A stretch of 64,000 bases of DNA from Candidatus Hydrogenedentota bacterium (GCA_045863295.1 BTWA01000001.1:64001-128000); one strand, 5' to 3'; positions 50,613 through 61,456 are shown, counted from the stretch's first letter. Made by a program: numbers and translations. Notes: generated from the sequence alone by a model not told the origin.

Positions 50613-50770
50613 GAAAAGTACCGGAATTTGGCAGCGAAACGGTGACAATTGAGCGTGGTGTGGATAAACGCCACTGAATTTGCTCGATTTACGGAACGTG
50701 GAACACAAGGTCAAGCAGAATCACAACGCGCGGGCGAGGCAATCCAAGCCAAAAGTGGTAAACTGAATTC

Positions 50771-53700
50771 ATGGACGTGCGCCCCCCAACGAAAATCCCA
50801 CGATCGCCGCTACGCAAGTGGTTGTGGCCAGTTGTCGCTCTTGGAATCCTTGTCATTGTAATCAAAGGCGGCGAATGGGCCATGGGCGCCGATCGGTATC
50901 GTCCGTTGTTGGAAGAGCGCCTCACCCGGTGGACCGGGCAACCTGCCTCAATAGCGCGCTTGGACATTGATCTTCTGCCAATCCCGACGCTGACCGCTTC
51001 CTCCGTATCGCTGGGAAGCGGAGATTTTCGTGCCGAATCCCCCATGGTATCCGCCCGCATTGACCTGACGGCGTTGGCGCGTGGCATTCTGGATATTTCC
51101 CGGATCCACGTCTACGACTTGATAGTTGTTCTACCGGAAAAGCCTGCAGACGCCGCGGAAAAACTAAAGACCCTTGGCCCGGAAAAGCAGTCCCAGCCGC
51201 AAGGACAATCGCCTTTCGACGTGACTCTGACTCGCATCGAGGCCGATGCTGCGAAACTCTTTCTTGGCCAACAGGCAAAAGAGCCGGTGCTTGTGGCCGA
51301 AGTCGCGGTGGAGAACGTGCTCGAACCTGCAATTTTCATCCACGGAGATGGCGCGCTAATCGGATATGGGGAAGGCGCGAGGATTCGCACGGATCTTCAA
51401 ATCGATACGAAGGCCGGTGGCGAAATCAAGGTTGGGGTGAGCGGTACTTTCTCCATAGACCGGATCGACACAGGCATGCTGTTACCTGATTCGCCGGCGC
51501 CGGCGCTGGTGGCGAACATGTATGGAACCATTGAGCGAACGGGCCCGGCGTTGGTGGCGCTCACCATTGGCGGTTCCGCGGCTCCGGTTCAAAAGGATCC
51601 ACGCCTCGATGCATTGTCCGGAGCTTTTGAAGGCGCAAAGGCGTGGTGGGACAATGGCGACATCATTGTCAATGATTTTCACTGGGCATCGCCTGGCATG
51701 GACGCCGTGTCGGATATTACGGTGGGTATCGATCAGAATACGTCCGTGCTTGTGAACACGTTCTCCATGAATGCGGCAGGCATTGAAGCCGTACTTTCTG
51801 CAAATCCGCCGGGCAATTTCACGGTCACCGCCGATCCCGGGGCGGTTTTTACCGCACGGGACATCACCTTCGACATCGACCCCTCGCGTCATTTAATCCT
51901 CGGATCCGGTACGGGAGAGTTCTCGGGCATCCATTTGGCCATCGACGATGGTGCCCGGGCCTTCAGCGATATCCATGGAAGGCTGTCGGTTGCCAATCGG
52001 TCACTTGTGATCGAAAATCTCGTGAGCGAGGGGTTTACGATAAGCGGTACGGTTACACCCGACTTTGCTGACCAGTCCTACGGCCTTGACCTGAAGGGCG
52101 AACTCGTATTGACACGAGAGCGGGTCTTGGGCTTTGTCGATGCCAACGGACTCAGCGAGGCGCAGGGTACGCTGCGGGTGTCGCGGTTTACGGCCTCTGT
52201 CGTTTCCGGTGAAGGGGCGCCAAATGACTTGCGGATCGAAGGGGACATTTCCGGGGGCGTGCTGGGTTTCGATACAGAGGGTTGGAAGGATCGGCTTACT
52301 CAAATAGAAGGCACGTTCGCAGCCGAGGCGGATTCGGTGGCCACGCAACTTGCGGCCAAGTCCCAACAGCTTGGGGATGTGTCGGTCAAAGGCAGCTACC
52401 TGATTGAACAAAAGAGATGGGACGGCACGGTATCTGGCGACCTCACAGCGGTAAAGGTGTCGTTTGGCGAAAGCGATGCCGCGAAGAAAATCACGCCTGA
52501 CGTGCTTAGGGCATTTGGTTCGTCTACGTTTCACACGATTGTGACGTTACCTGAATCCGAGAATGGCCCCATTACCCTTGAGGCGGCGCGTAGTGGTGTG
52601 CCGCGTCTCAATGCCGATATCACATGGTCGTATCTCGACGATGCGTATGGCTTGGGCGAACTTAGTCTGGACGCTGACCTCCCGGCGGATGCCGTCCGGA
52701 GCGTGTTACCCGAGAGTCTTATTGCGAGCGGCCCGGTGGCTGTGCAAGTTGATGCGCAGGTGACACAGGAGACCCTGGCGGCAACAGTTGATATGACGGA
52801 GGCCAGCCTCGAGATAGGATCTGATTTTCAAAAGGAGACCGGCACGCCGGCAGTCCTGCATTTAACCGGCACATCCGGGGCGGGCCAGTGGGCAGCCGAT
52901 ACGCTCACCCTTGATCTCGATGGGCAGACGATCTCGGGCCGGATGGAAAAAGATCGGTTTGTATCCGACGATATCCACGTCGACCTCTCTGGATTGAACA
53001 GCCTGCTCAGGGATGGACGCAAGACATCGGGCACAATCTCCGGGCGCTTTACTTCCGCACCAGCCACTGCCGACTTGACCCTGTCCAACGCGCACCTCGA
53101 TTGGTCACAGGATGTGGGTCTAGGTCCTGTAAACGGTCGCATTGTATTGGGTGAGAACGGAGTGGCTTTTCACAGTCTTGTGGTACACGGCGCTAATTCC
53201 GATTGCGAACTGAACGGCGAAGAACGCGCCGGCGCTTGGTCGGGATCGCTGCAGGGCGACCAGCTTGACCTCAATGCCATCGAAGCCTTGTACACGGCAA
53301 TTACGAAACTGACCGTCGAATCCGAAGAGACAGCGGAAACCGCGACCACAAAGCCAGCCTCACCGCCGAAGCGCGGTTCCTTTACGGTTAACCTCGGCAG
53401 AGTTCTCTATCGCCGGGCTCAATTCACCGACGCAAGCGCGACCGTGCGATTCGACGAAAAGGGATTTCACATAGACAAGCTCTCCGCGGTTCCCGGCTCG
53501 GGTTCATTGCACGGCAACGTGGATTTCTCAAGAGGAACCAAGGGAGCACCGGGCCAAATCCGTACAGTCGTCTCCCTCGACCACGTGGATGCCCGGACGC
53601 TGGATGGCCTCGCCTTTGCCGAGTCGAGGGACATCGCGGGACAATTGACCGGCAGTATAGATCTGGTGATGCCGGCCGGCGGAGGAGCGACGCCCATCCA

Positions 53701-54325
53701 TGGTGCGAACGGTGTCATTCGGTTTACGGGAGAATCGGGTTCCTTTGGCAAATTGGGTATCGCCACCAAAGTGGTGACCCTTCTGCGCACAACAGAAATT
53801 ATCAAGTTGCGTCTGCCATCCGTGCGCGACAAAGGTTTGACCTTTGATACATGCCAGGGGGAGTTGGTATTTGAAAACGGAGTCATGCGTTTGGCGCATT
53901 TCGAGGCACGTACCCCGAGCTATGAAATCAAAGCGGCGGGTCAGACCGATTTTCCCCGTGATGCTATGGACCTTGAGATTGTTTTCAATCCCATGGAAAC
54001 AGTAACCGGTGTCGCCAAACCAATACCCATATTGGGCGAAATCATCGGAAAAGTCGGTGCCATTGGCGGCATTCCCATCAAGGCCACCGGGCCGATAGCC
54101 GACCCCAAGGTGGGAATATCTGCCGTTGGAATCCTCACACGGGCACTGCCAACGGGCAAGGTAGAGTCCGCAGAACCACCGGCTGGCGAGTTCGAAACCC
54201 TGGATGCGGGAGCAACGCCACCGGCCGTCGAAGCGCCCACCGGTGGCGAAGCAGGCGTAGAAAACTCACTGAGCGATGAATTGATCGAAAAGGCCTCGGA
54301 AGCCGTACGCGACTTGGTTCGATAG
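50771..54325 (+). CDS. AsmA-family intermembrane bridge-like protein
   Basis: N-terminal TM anchor, long beta-rich body, AsmA-like C-terminus (GLTFD..G..FENGV, IPILGEII, GPIADP); 1184 aa. Confidence 0.85.
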   Translation: MDVRPPTKIPRSPLRKWLWPVVALGILVIVIKGGEWAMGADRYRPLLEERLTRWTGQPASIARLDIDLLPIPTLTASSVSLGSGDFRAESPMVSARIDLTALARGILDISRIHVYDLIVVLPEKPADAAEKLKTLGPEKQSQPQGQSPFDVTLTRIEADAAKLFLGQQAKEPVLVAEVAVENVLEPAIFIHGDGALIGYGEGARIRTDLQIDTKAGGEIKVGVSGTFSIDRIDTGMLLPDSPAPALVANMYGTIERTGPALVALTIGGSAAPVQKDPRLDALSGAFEGAKAWWDNGDIIVNDFHWASPGMDAVSDITVGIDQNTSVLVNTFSMNAAGIEAVLSANPPGNFTVTADPGAVFTARDITFDIDPSRHLILGSGTGEFSGIHLAIDDGARAFSDIHGRLSVANRSLVIENLVSEGFTISGTVTPDFADQSYGLDLKGELVLTRERVLGFVDANGLSEAQGTLRVSRFTASVVSGEGAPNDLRIEGDISGGVLGFDTEGWKDRLTQIEGTFAAEADSVATQLAAKSQQLGDVSVKGSYLIEQKRWDGTVSGDLTAVKVSFGESDAAKKITPDVLRAFGSSTFHTIVTLPESENGPITLEAARSGVPRLNADITWSYLDDAYGLGELSLDADLPADAVRSVLPESLIASGPVAVQVDAQVTQETLAATVDMTEASLEIGSDFQKETGTPAVLHLTGTSGAGQWAADTLTLDLDGQTISGRMEKDRFVSDDIHVDLSGLNSLLRDGRKTSGTISGRFTSAPATADLTLSNAHLDWSQDVGLGPVNGRIVLGENGVAFHSLVVHGANSDCELNGEERAGAWSGSLQGDQLDLNAIEALYTAITKLTVESEETAETATTKPASPPKRGSFTVNLGRVLYRRAQFTDASATVRFDEKGFHIDKLSAVPGSGSLHGNVDFSRGTKGAPGQIRTVVSLDHVDARTLDGLAFAESRDIAGQLTGSIDLVMPAGGGATPIHGANGVIRFTGESGSFGKLGIATKVVTLLRTTEIIKLRLPSVRDKGLTFDTCQGELVFENGVMRLAHFEARTPSYEIKAAGQTDFPRDAMDLEIVFNPMETVTGVAKPIPILGEIIGKVGAIGGIPIKATGPIADPKVGISAVGILTRALPTGKVESAEPPAGEFETLDAGATPPAVEAPTGGEAGVENSLSDELIEKASEAVRDLVR

Positions 54326-54470
54326 CCGCCGGTGGTTGCGCCAAGTCCGGCGATTGGCTCCAAAATGACCTGAACCCAGCAACCTGTTATACTTGCGGCC
54401 GCCCGAATCCGGGATGTGCTGATTCCGCGCGCACCGGGTGCAACGAGTATTCAACGAGGACTTCACAACC

Positions 54471-55406
54471 ATGAATGGTGTGGCATATCCACTGACCGAC
54501 GGCCCCCCCAGGGTTCAAATTCAAACCCAGGCCGGGTGCAATGGCCGTTGCGTGTTTTGTCCCAACGAAGAACTCCTGGCCACGGACATGCCGCACGGCA
54601 AGATGTCGTGGGAACTGTTCACAAAGATCATTGACGAATTGGCCACAATGCCGCCGCGACGGATCGGGCTGTACATGATGAACGAACCGCTCTCCGACAA
54701 GCGCATGCCGGAGTTTGTGAGGTACGTGTCGGAGAAGATCCCGAGCACCAAATCGCAGATTATCACCAATGGCACTGCATTGAATGAAACCATGGCGGAA
54801 GCCCTGATCGACGCGGGGCTCAAGGAATTGAAGTGCAGTCTGCAATCGCTCGACCCTGAGACCAACAAGCAAATCATGGGATACGAGAGCACGAAAGTCA
54901 TCGAAAATTGCATCAATTTCAAGAAGGCGTTGAAACGCAAGCGGTCCAAGCTTGAGTTCCGTGTTTCGATGGTGGTGCAAAAGAGCAACGTGGACGACAT
55001 TCCAAAGATACGAAAGTTTTGGGACCGGCACCGGGTGCGGCTCGTAACCTCTGCCTTGGAGAATCGCGGCGGAAACATCAAGGCGGCGTCCGAGATGAAC
55101 ATCGGCGAAATGAAATCCATGGGCAACTGCATCCGTCCTTCGCGGGACCTGATGATACTTTACAATGGTGACGTGCCGTTGTGTTGTGTGGATTGGTTCC
55201 GAACCACCATTCTGGGGAATGTGGAGCGGCAGTCTATCCGCGAGGTTTGGCACGGAGACGCGGTGCAGCGGATTCGTGACGGATTGCGGGAAGGCGATGT
55301 GACCAAGTTGCCGGATATATGCCGTAACTGCGGCGAAAGTGCGGTGCCTCATATGCATCGCCGGGGATTGAAGGGCATCCTGAGCCGGCTGGCTGCGGCA
55401 TTCTGA
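54471..55406 (+). CDS. Radical SAM / SPASM domain protein
   Basis: CNGRCVFC motif, NEPL, ITNG; SPASM-type C..P..NGDVPLCC..LGNV..CRNC. Alternative GTG start at 54438. Confidence 0.92.
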   Translation: MNGVAYPLTDGPPRVQIQTQAGCNGRCVFCPNEELLATDMPHGKMSWELFTKIIDELATMPPRRIGLYMMNEPLSDKRMPEFVRYVSEKIPSTKSQIITNGTALNETMAEALIDAGLKELKCSLQSLDPETNKQIMGYESTKVIENCINFKKALKRKRSKLEFRVSMVVQKSNVDDIPKIRKFWDRHRVRLVTSALENRGGNIKAASEMNIGEMKSMGNCIRPSRDLMILYNGDVPLCCVDWFRTTILGNVERQSIREVWHGDAVQRIRDGLREGDVTKLPDICRNCGESAVPHMHRRGLKGILSRLAAAF

Positions 55407-55566
55407 ATCCGCGCGCGTAGGTCGTTCGGATGGGTGGGCGTGCCTCAGGCAACAGCCGGCACAAGTTCGATGTCACTCGCATTACGTTATTCGCCGTCAA
55501 GAAGCGTTAGGGCATGCGTCGCCGGACACAAACAGTGACCACGTTACAAGGCGAAAGGGGAATCTC

Positions 55567-55842
55567 ATGAGCAGCGAAGACCTGGATATGCGATTTGCGC
55601 AGGCCGCCGAAGACGTGACGAAGCTGCCCGAAGCGCCAGATAACACGATTATGCTGCAACTATACGGATTGTTTAAACAAGCAACCAAGGGCGATTGCGA
55701 TGGAAAGCGCCCTGGAATTCTCGATTTAATCGGGCGCGCCAAATACGATTCCTGGGCGGAAAACAAGGGGACACCCCAGGAAACTGCCAAAGAGAAGTAC
55801 ATTGCATTGGTCGCTGAATTGAAAAGCAACGTGGGAAAGTAA
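55567..55842 (+). CDS. Acyl-CoA-binding protein (ACBP)
   Basis: LQLYGLFKQATKGD, RPG..D..GRAKYDSW, AKEKYIALV. Confidence 0.93.
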   Translation: MSSEDLDMRFAQAAEDVTKLPEAPDNTIMLQLYGLFKQATKGDCDGKRPGILDLIGRAKYDSWAENKGTPQETAKEKYIALVAELKSNVGK

Positions 55843-55865
55843 TCCACCGGGGAAGGAATCGCGAC

Positions 55866-56708
55866 ATGAAAGTGGGCGTCAATCTGTTGCTGTGGACGGG
55901 CGTGGTGACGGAGAAAGAGTTGGACTTATTGCCGGTCATCAAATCTTGGGGCGCAGATGGCGTGGAACTGCCGATGTTTTCGCCTGATGCGTCTCCCTGG
56001 AAGACCGTGGCCAAGGCGTGTGATGACCACGGCCTGGGCAGGTCGACCGTGGCGGTGTTGCCTCCGGGCGCCAATCTCATTGGAGACGAAGCCGCCGAAC
56101 GCAAAGCGGCGGTCGATTTCCTGAAGGCCTGTGTCGATGCCAGTGCAAGCATGGGCGCCGACGTGTTGTGCGGTCCGGTATACAGTCCGGTGGGACGTCT
56201 TGTAGGTCGTGGCCCGACTGATGAAGAGCGTGCCCGGTGCATTGAGGGGTTGAAGTCGGTCGGCGAGCATGCCAAAGGCACTGGCGTAAAAGTCGCCGTC
56301 GAACCGTTGAACCGGTTCGAGACCTACTTTCTCAACACGCAGTCTGATACCGCAAAAATCGTTGACGCGGTGGGCCTTGATTCCATCGGTCAAATGTTTG
56401 ACACCTTTCATGCAAACATAGAAGAGAAAGACGTGGCAAAGTGCATTGCCGATGGCGGCAAACGCATCGTGCATGTGCATATTTCGGCCAACGATCGCGC
56501 CACCCCTGGCGAAGATCATATCGATTATGTCTCGCCAATGAAGGCGTTGAAAACCATCGGATACAACGGATGGCTGACCCTGGAGGCGTTTGGACAACGC
56601 CTGCCCGAGCTTGCCGCGGCTACGTGCATCTGGCGCAAGATGGCGCCGAGTGAAGAATACATCGCCGAACACGGCGCGAAGTTCATCAAGAAGTTGATTC
56701 AATCGTGA
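55866..56708 (+). CDS. Sugar phosphate isomerase/epimerase, D-tagatose/D-psicose 3-epimerase family
   Basis: EPLNRFE, DTFHANIEE, HVHISANDR, LEAF catalytic residues. Confidence 0.9.
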   Translation: MKVGVNLLLWTGVVTEKELDLLPVIKSWGADGVELPMFSPDASPWKTVAKACDDHGLGRSTVAVLPPGANLIGDEAAERKAAVDFLKACVDASASMGADVLCGPVYSPVGRLVGRGPTDEERARCIEGLKSVGEHAKGTGVKVAVEPLNRFETYFLNTQSDTAKIVDAVGLDSIGQMFDTFHANIEEKDVAKCIADGGKRIVHVHISANDRATPGEDHIDYVSPMKALKTIGYNGWLTLEAFGQRLPELAAATCIWRKMAPSEEYIAEHGAKFIKKLIQS

Positions 56709-56847
56709 CCGCTTGAACCTGGATTTGGTGGACCGTCGTCGTGTTTCTCAGCTCATTGATCTCCCGTCCCGCGCACTTTCGCGCGGAGCAGGGTAGTGAG
56801 GATTTCCATCCGTAGCGAGTACTCCCCCCGTTTAAGGAGTTTTTACC

Positions 56848-58851
56848 ATGTTCCGACTGTCGTGCATCTGCCTCGTAGCGTATGCCGTGGGTGCCGCACT
56901 TGCCGCCGCGCAGCACACAATTCACGTTTCACCGGATGGCGCCAATGGAGCGCTGACAACGGTTCACGCTGCGCAAGAGGCTGTGCGCGCTTTGAAGAAG
57001 GACGCACCCCTGACACAGCCGGTACAGGTCGTCATCCATGCGGGAACTTATCCGCTGGATCAACCGTTGGCCTTTACCCCTGACGATTCCGGCACGGCTG
57101 ATGCCCCGGTCACGTATGTCGCCGCGCCAGGCGCGAAGCCGGTGCTGAGCGCGGGACGAGTCATCACTGGATGGCGCGAAGTGGACGGCAAATGGGTTGC
57201 CGATCTGCCAGAGACAAAGAACGGCGCCTGGGTGTTCAGCTCGCTGTGGGTGAACGGCAAGCTACGTACACTCGCTCGCACTCCCAACGAAGGATTTCAT
57301 CTCACGGCCGGAAAAGTCGCGGGTGCGCAGGATGCCGAAGGAAAATGGACCGATGTGGCCTACCGTGCGTTCGTGTTCAAGCCCGGCGATATTCAACACT
57401 GGGAAGGCGGCGGGAATGCGCGCGTGGTGGCTATCCATTCCTGGGATACCTCGCACTTCCGCATCGAGTCGATCGACAATGCCACAAACACAGTAACTCT
57501 CGCCGGAAAGACGTCGTGGCCCTATGAACATTGGGGACCGGAGCAGCGGTACTTTGTGGAAAACTTTCCGCAAGCACTGGACGCACCGGGCGAATGGTAT
57601 CTCGACACTGTTAATGGAGTGGTGACCTATATTCCGATGCCGGGCGAGACCCTCGATAACACAACGATAGTGGCGCCAAAGTTGGCGAGCGTGGTCACCT
57701 TCTCCGGTGATGCGGCCAACGCCACGCACGTAGAGCATGTGACGTTGGACGGACTTGTTCTAAAGCACGCGGATCACACGATCGGGCCGGATGGTTTTAC
57801 GAACCAACAAGCAGCCTGGAGCGTGCACGGAGCGATTCAAGGGCAAGGCGCGCGCAACGTAGCGATCAAAAACTGCGAGATAACGGAGTCCGGCACGTAT
57901 GGGATTTGGTTCCAGCAGCAATGCGAAGACATTGCCATAGTCCACAACAACATCCACGATATGGGGGCCGGTGGCGTTCGTATCGGGCACATGGGCAACG
58001 ATCCCACCGTGCGCGCGACCATCGACAATAATTGGATTCACGACCTTGGCCAAATCTATCCGGCCGCGGTGGGCGTCTGGATCGGGCGAAGCTCGCACAA
58101 TACTATCTCGCACAACCGGATTCACGACTTCTATTACACCGGCATTTCGATCGGCTGGTCGTGGGGATACGACGAATCGTCGGCTAACCACAACGTCATC
58201 GAATACAACCACGTGTACAATCTCGGGAAAGGCCTGCTGAGCGACATGGGCGGCATTTACTTGTTGGGCATTGCGCCCGGCACAACTGTGCGCAACAACG
58301 TCTTTCACGACATTGAATCGTTCTACTACGGCGGATGGGGCATCTATCCCGACGAAGGAAGCAGCGAACTGCTGATCGAAAACAACATCGCATACAACAC
58401 GAAGACTGGCGGGTTTCACCAGCATTATGGCCGCGAAAACATCGTGCGCAACAACATTTTTGCTTTCTCCAAGAATGCGCAAATCATGCGAACCCGCGAA
58501 GAAGATCACATCTCGTTCCGGTTTGAACGGAACATCGTCTATTTCGACAACGGCAACCTGCTCGGAAGCAACTGGAAGAATGAAAAGTTCGTCATCAACA
58601 ACAACTGCTATTGGGACACTTCCGGAAAAGGATTCACCTTTGCGAATGCCACGCTGGACGAATGGCGGGCCCGCGGCCACGACGTGAACTCCATTATCGA
58701 AGATCCGCTGTTCATCAACGCCGAAGCCCGTGATTTCAGCCTGAAGCCCGAATCGCCGGCGATCAACACCATTGGTTTTGCCCCCATCGATACCTCCAAA
58801 GTGGGTCTCTACGGCGAAGCGGAATGGGTCAACGCACCGAACGGGAAATAG
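56848..58851 (+). CDS. Secreted right-handed beta-helix protein (GH141-like)
   Basis: Signal peptide; GTY, LDAPGEWY, parallel beta-helix repeats, LSDMGGIY, GIYPDEGS. Confidence 0.85.
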   Translation: MFRLSCICLVAYAVGAALAAAQHTIHVSPDGANGALTTVHAAQEAVRALKKDAPLTQPVQVVIHAGTYPLDQPLAFTPDDSGTADAPVTYVAAPGAKPVLSAGRVITGWREVDGKWVADLPETKNGAWVFSSLWVNGKLRTLARTPNEGFHLTAGKVAGAQDAEGKWTDVAYRAFVFKPGDIQHWEGGGNARVVAIHSWDTSHFRIESIDNATNTVTLAGKTSWPYEHWGPEQRYFVENFPQALDAPGEWYLDTVNGVVTYIPMPGETLDNTTIVAPKLASVVTFSGDAANATHVEHVTLDGLVLKHADHTIGPDGFTNQQAAWSVHGAIQGQGARNVAIKNCEITESGTYGIWFQQQCEDIAIVHNNIHDMGAGGVRIGHMGNDPTVRATIDNNWIHDLGQIYPAAVGVWIGRSSHNTISHNRIHDFYYTGISIGWSWGYDESSANHNVIEYNHVYNLGKGLLSDMGGIYLLGIAPGTTVRNNVFHDIESFYYGGWGIYPDEGSSELLIENNIAYNTKTGGFHQHYGRENIVRNNIFAFSKNAQIMRTREEDHISFRFERNIVYFDNGNLLGSNWKNEKFVINNNCYWDTSGKGFTFANATLDEWRARGHDVNSIIEDPLFINAEARDFSLKPESPAINTIGFAPIDTSKVGLYGEAEWVNAPNGK

Positions 58852-58894
58852 CGGGTTCTGGCTCCAGTGGGAAAGCGGGAAAAGAGGCACCCGC

Positions 58895-58923
58895 TTGCGG
58901 GATCGTGGTTTTTGCAGTATAGT
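58895..58923 (+). promoter_or_regulatory. Sigma70-type promoter about 240 nt upstream of the acyltransferase-esterase gene
   Basis: TTGCGG-17 nt-TATAGT. Confidence 0.5.
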
Positions 58924-59161
58924 CACTATGGTACGTTATAGGCGGATCGGGGTTAGGGTACCGCCTTAAGTACCGGGTAATGGCAAGGACCGTGCCGGGC
59001 AATGCACACGGCCCGACTCCAGCAATGGAATGAAGGTTGCGGCTTTCCCCTCTCTTCACTCCGTCCGCCATACGCAGAATGCCGGTCGATTTGAATTCGG
59101 AGCCGGGCCTGAAGAAGGGCCGGGCGAATGACATAGTTATGGCGGATGCGACAGAGTTGCT

Positions 59162-61456
59162 ATGAGTGCAATTGCCGTTAAATCGACGAAGTGGACGTTG
59201 GACATTATGTCCAAGCTCAGCAAGGCGAATGTTCGAGTTCGGAACACTGAGCACATCACGGACGACATGGCCATTGTCTTTGTCGTGAACCATTTCACGC
59301 GGCTCGAGACTATCCTCCTCCCCTACTACCTCAACAAACACACCGGCCGAGAAGTTTGGTCGCTTGCCGCCGCCGAACTGTTTCGTGGCCGCATCGGACA
59401 ATATCTGCTCACCATGGGCAACGTGTCCACCAAGGATCCCGACCGGGACAGAATCATGGTTCGCACACTGATCCTCGGCGAACACCCCTGGATCATTTTT
59501 CCCGAAGGCGCCATGATGAAGAACAAGAAGGTCGTGGACCGTCGGGGCATGTTTCAGATTTGCCTGCAAGGCAAGTGCCGGTTACCCCACACCGGCGCGG
59601 CAGTGATTGCGCTTCGCGCCGAGTTTTACAGGCGCAAATTGCAGCACCTGAAAGACGATCCGGCTTATGAGTCCGTTTTGAAGGAAGTCTCAGAGCAGTT
59701 CGACCTGCAGGATCTCGGCAGCGCGCTGACAAAGCGCACTGTAATCGTGCCAGTGAACGTAACCTATTTCCCTATCCGCGCCGAAGACAATGTTGTGTTG
59801 CGCGTTGCGCGCGGCGTAGCCAAGGATTTGAGCAAGCGGGCACTCGAAGAGCTTTCCGTAGAAGGTACGGTGTTATCGCAGAACACCGACATCGATATAA
59901 CCTTGGGGCCTCCCATCGACATCGGAGAATACCTGGATGCGGCCGAATTCCAGGATCTCTTGACGGAATCCGGGGACCCTGTCGGACTTCAGGAAGAAGA
60001 TGTCCGATCAAAGTTCAGCGAAGCAGGCCGCAGGCTCATGGTCCGCTACATGACGGACATCTATAACATGACGACGGTCAACTATGATCACGTCATCGGG
60101 ACCGTGGTGCGCAATCAGCGGGCGCGCCGATCCTCGGAAAGAACCTACGGCCATCGGATCTATTTGGCTACAGAGCGGCTGCGAAAGGTCAGTGGTTTAC
60201 GGCTGCATCCCGGACTCGAGAAGACGTACCGCGACCTCGCCTACGACGAGCCCTGTCCTTACTTTCAAGACTTTATGGAGGTCTGCATCAAGGATGGGGT
60301 GTTGGAGGAATCCGGCGACGGATACATCAAGCGAATCGGATTGCGGGAGAACGAGGCGGACTTTCACACCGTGCGTCAGGACGACCTGCCTTCGGTAATA
60401 GCGAACGAAATCGAGCCCATGCCGCTGGTCACATCCATCATTCAGAATGTGGCGTATATGCCGCACAAGGTGCTTGGGCGGCACATCCGGGATCAATTTC
60501 AACGCGAAGACGAGTGTAACTTCGAATTGGACTATGCCGAATACGCCATTCCCGGCGAAAGCAAACCTCCCGCCGTCGGAAGGCCGTTTCTTCTGCTTCC
60601 GGAACGGGTGAAAGGCGGTATGGTGCTCATTCACGGCTATATGGCAGCGCCGCTCGAAGTCCGAAACCTCGCCGAATATTTTTATCAGCGCGGTTACGCC
60701 GTCTACGGCGTGCGGCTGAAGGGGCACGGAACGTCGCCCGAAGATCTTGCGCAGACCCGTTGGGAGGAATGGTATGAATCGATGAACCGCGGTTATGCGA
60801 TCATCAAGACGTTGACGGATAATATCGTGATTGGCGGCTTTTCAACCGGAGGCGCCCTGGCGCTGCTGGCAGCGGGCCGCAAGCGGGACAAGGTGAAGGC
60901 GGTCTTCAGCATTTGCGCTCCGCAAACGCTACGGAATTACATGGCCCGTTTCGCTTCCTCTATCGTTTCCATGAACACGTTGATGTCCAAGATCACCGGA
61001 GGTGGAAAGAACTGGGAATACGTCGAAAACAATCCCGAGAATCCCCACATCAATTACACGCGGAATCCACTTCGTGGCGTGAAACAATTGGGCGAGTTGA
61101 TGAAGGCGACCGAGACCGCCTTGCCGGATATTTGCGTGCCGACCTTAATCGTTCAGAGCTACGGCGATCCCATTATCAATCCGGTTAGTGCGATGAACAT
61201 TTTTGAGGGCGTGGGAACGCATCTCAAAGAACTGACAGTTTTCGACCGGCCCAATCACGGAATCATCAACGGAGCGCACTCGGAAGAAGTGTTCGACCGG
61301 GTCGAAAGGTTCCTTACGTTCGCCAGGTCCAAATCCGATGCCGCACTGGCTTCCGAAGCAGCGCGAAAGCGCGTACCCGAAACACCCCGACCCCAACGCT
61401 TTGCAAAGCCGGCCCCTGAAACCGGCGACGCGGAACCGGTGGCCGCACCCGCCTGA
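59162..61456 (+). CDS. Glycerolipid acyltransferase-like domain fused to a carboxylesterase (alpha/beta hydrolase)
   Basis: NHFTRLE and IFPEG acyltransferase motifs; C-terminal LIHG, GHG, GFSTG, GDPII, NHG. Confidence 0.85.
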   Translation: MSAIAVKSTKWTLDIMSKLSKANVRVRNTEHITDDMAIVFVVNHFTRLETILLPYYLNKHTGREVWSLAAAELFRGRIGQYLLTMGNVSTKDPDRDRIMVRTLILGEHPWIIFPEGAMMKNKKVVDRRGMFQICLQGKCRLPHTGAAVIALRAEFYRRKLQHLKDDPAYESVLKEVSEQFDLQDLGSALTKRTVIVPVNVTYFPIRAEDNVVLRVARGVAKDLSKRALEELSVEGTVLSQNTDIDITLGPPIDIGEYLDAAEFQDLLTESGDPVGLQEEDVRSKFSEAGRRLMVRYMTDIYNMTTVNYDHVIGTVVRNQRARRSSERTYGHRIYLATERLRKVSGLRLHPGLEKTYRDLAYDEPCPYFQDFMEVCIKDGVLEESGDGYIKRIGLRENEADFHTVRQDDLPSVIANEIEPMPLVTSIIQNVAYMPHKVLGRHIRDQFQREDECNFELDYAEYAIPGESKPPAVGRPFLLLPERVKGGMVLIHGYMAAPLEVRNLAEYFYQRGYAVYGVRLKGHGTSPEDLAQTRWEEWYESMNRGYAIIKTLTDNIVIGGFSTGGALALLAAGRKRDKVKAVFSICAPQTLRNYMARFASSIVSMNTLMSKITGGGKNWEYVENNPENPHINYTRNPLRGVKQLGELMKATETALPDICVPTLIVQSYGDPIINPVSAMNIFEGVGTHLKELTVFDRPNHGIINGAHSEEVFDRVERFLTFARSKSDAALASEAARKRVPETPRPQRFAKPAPETGDAEPVAAPA

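Noticed and set aside
48957..50714. 585-aa ORF running through the tRNA
   Set aside because: The upstream extension reads through tRNA-Lys by chance; a signal peptide begins at ATG 50360.
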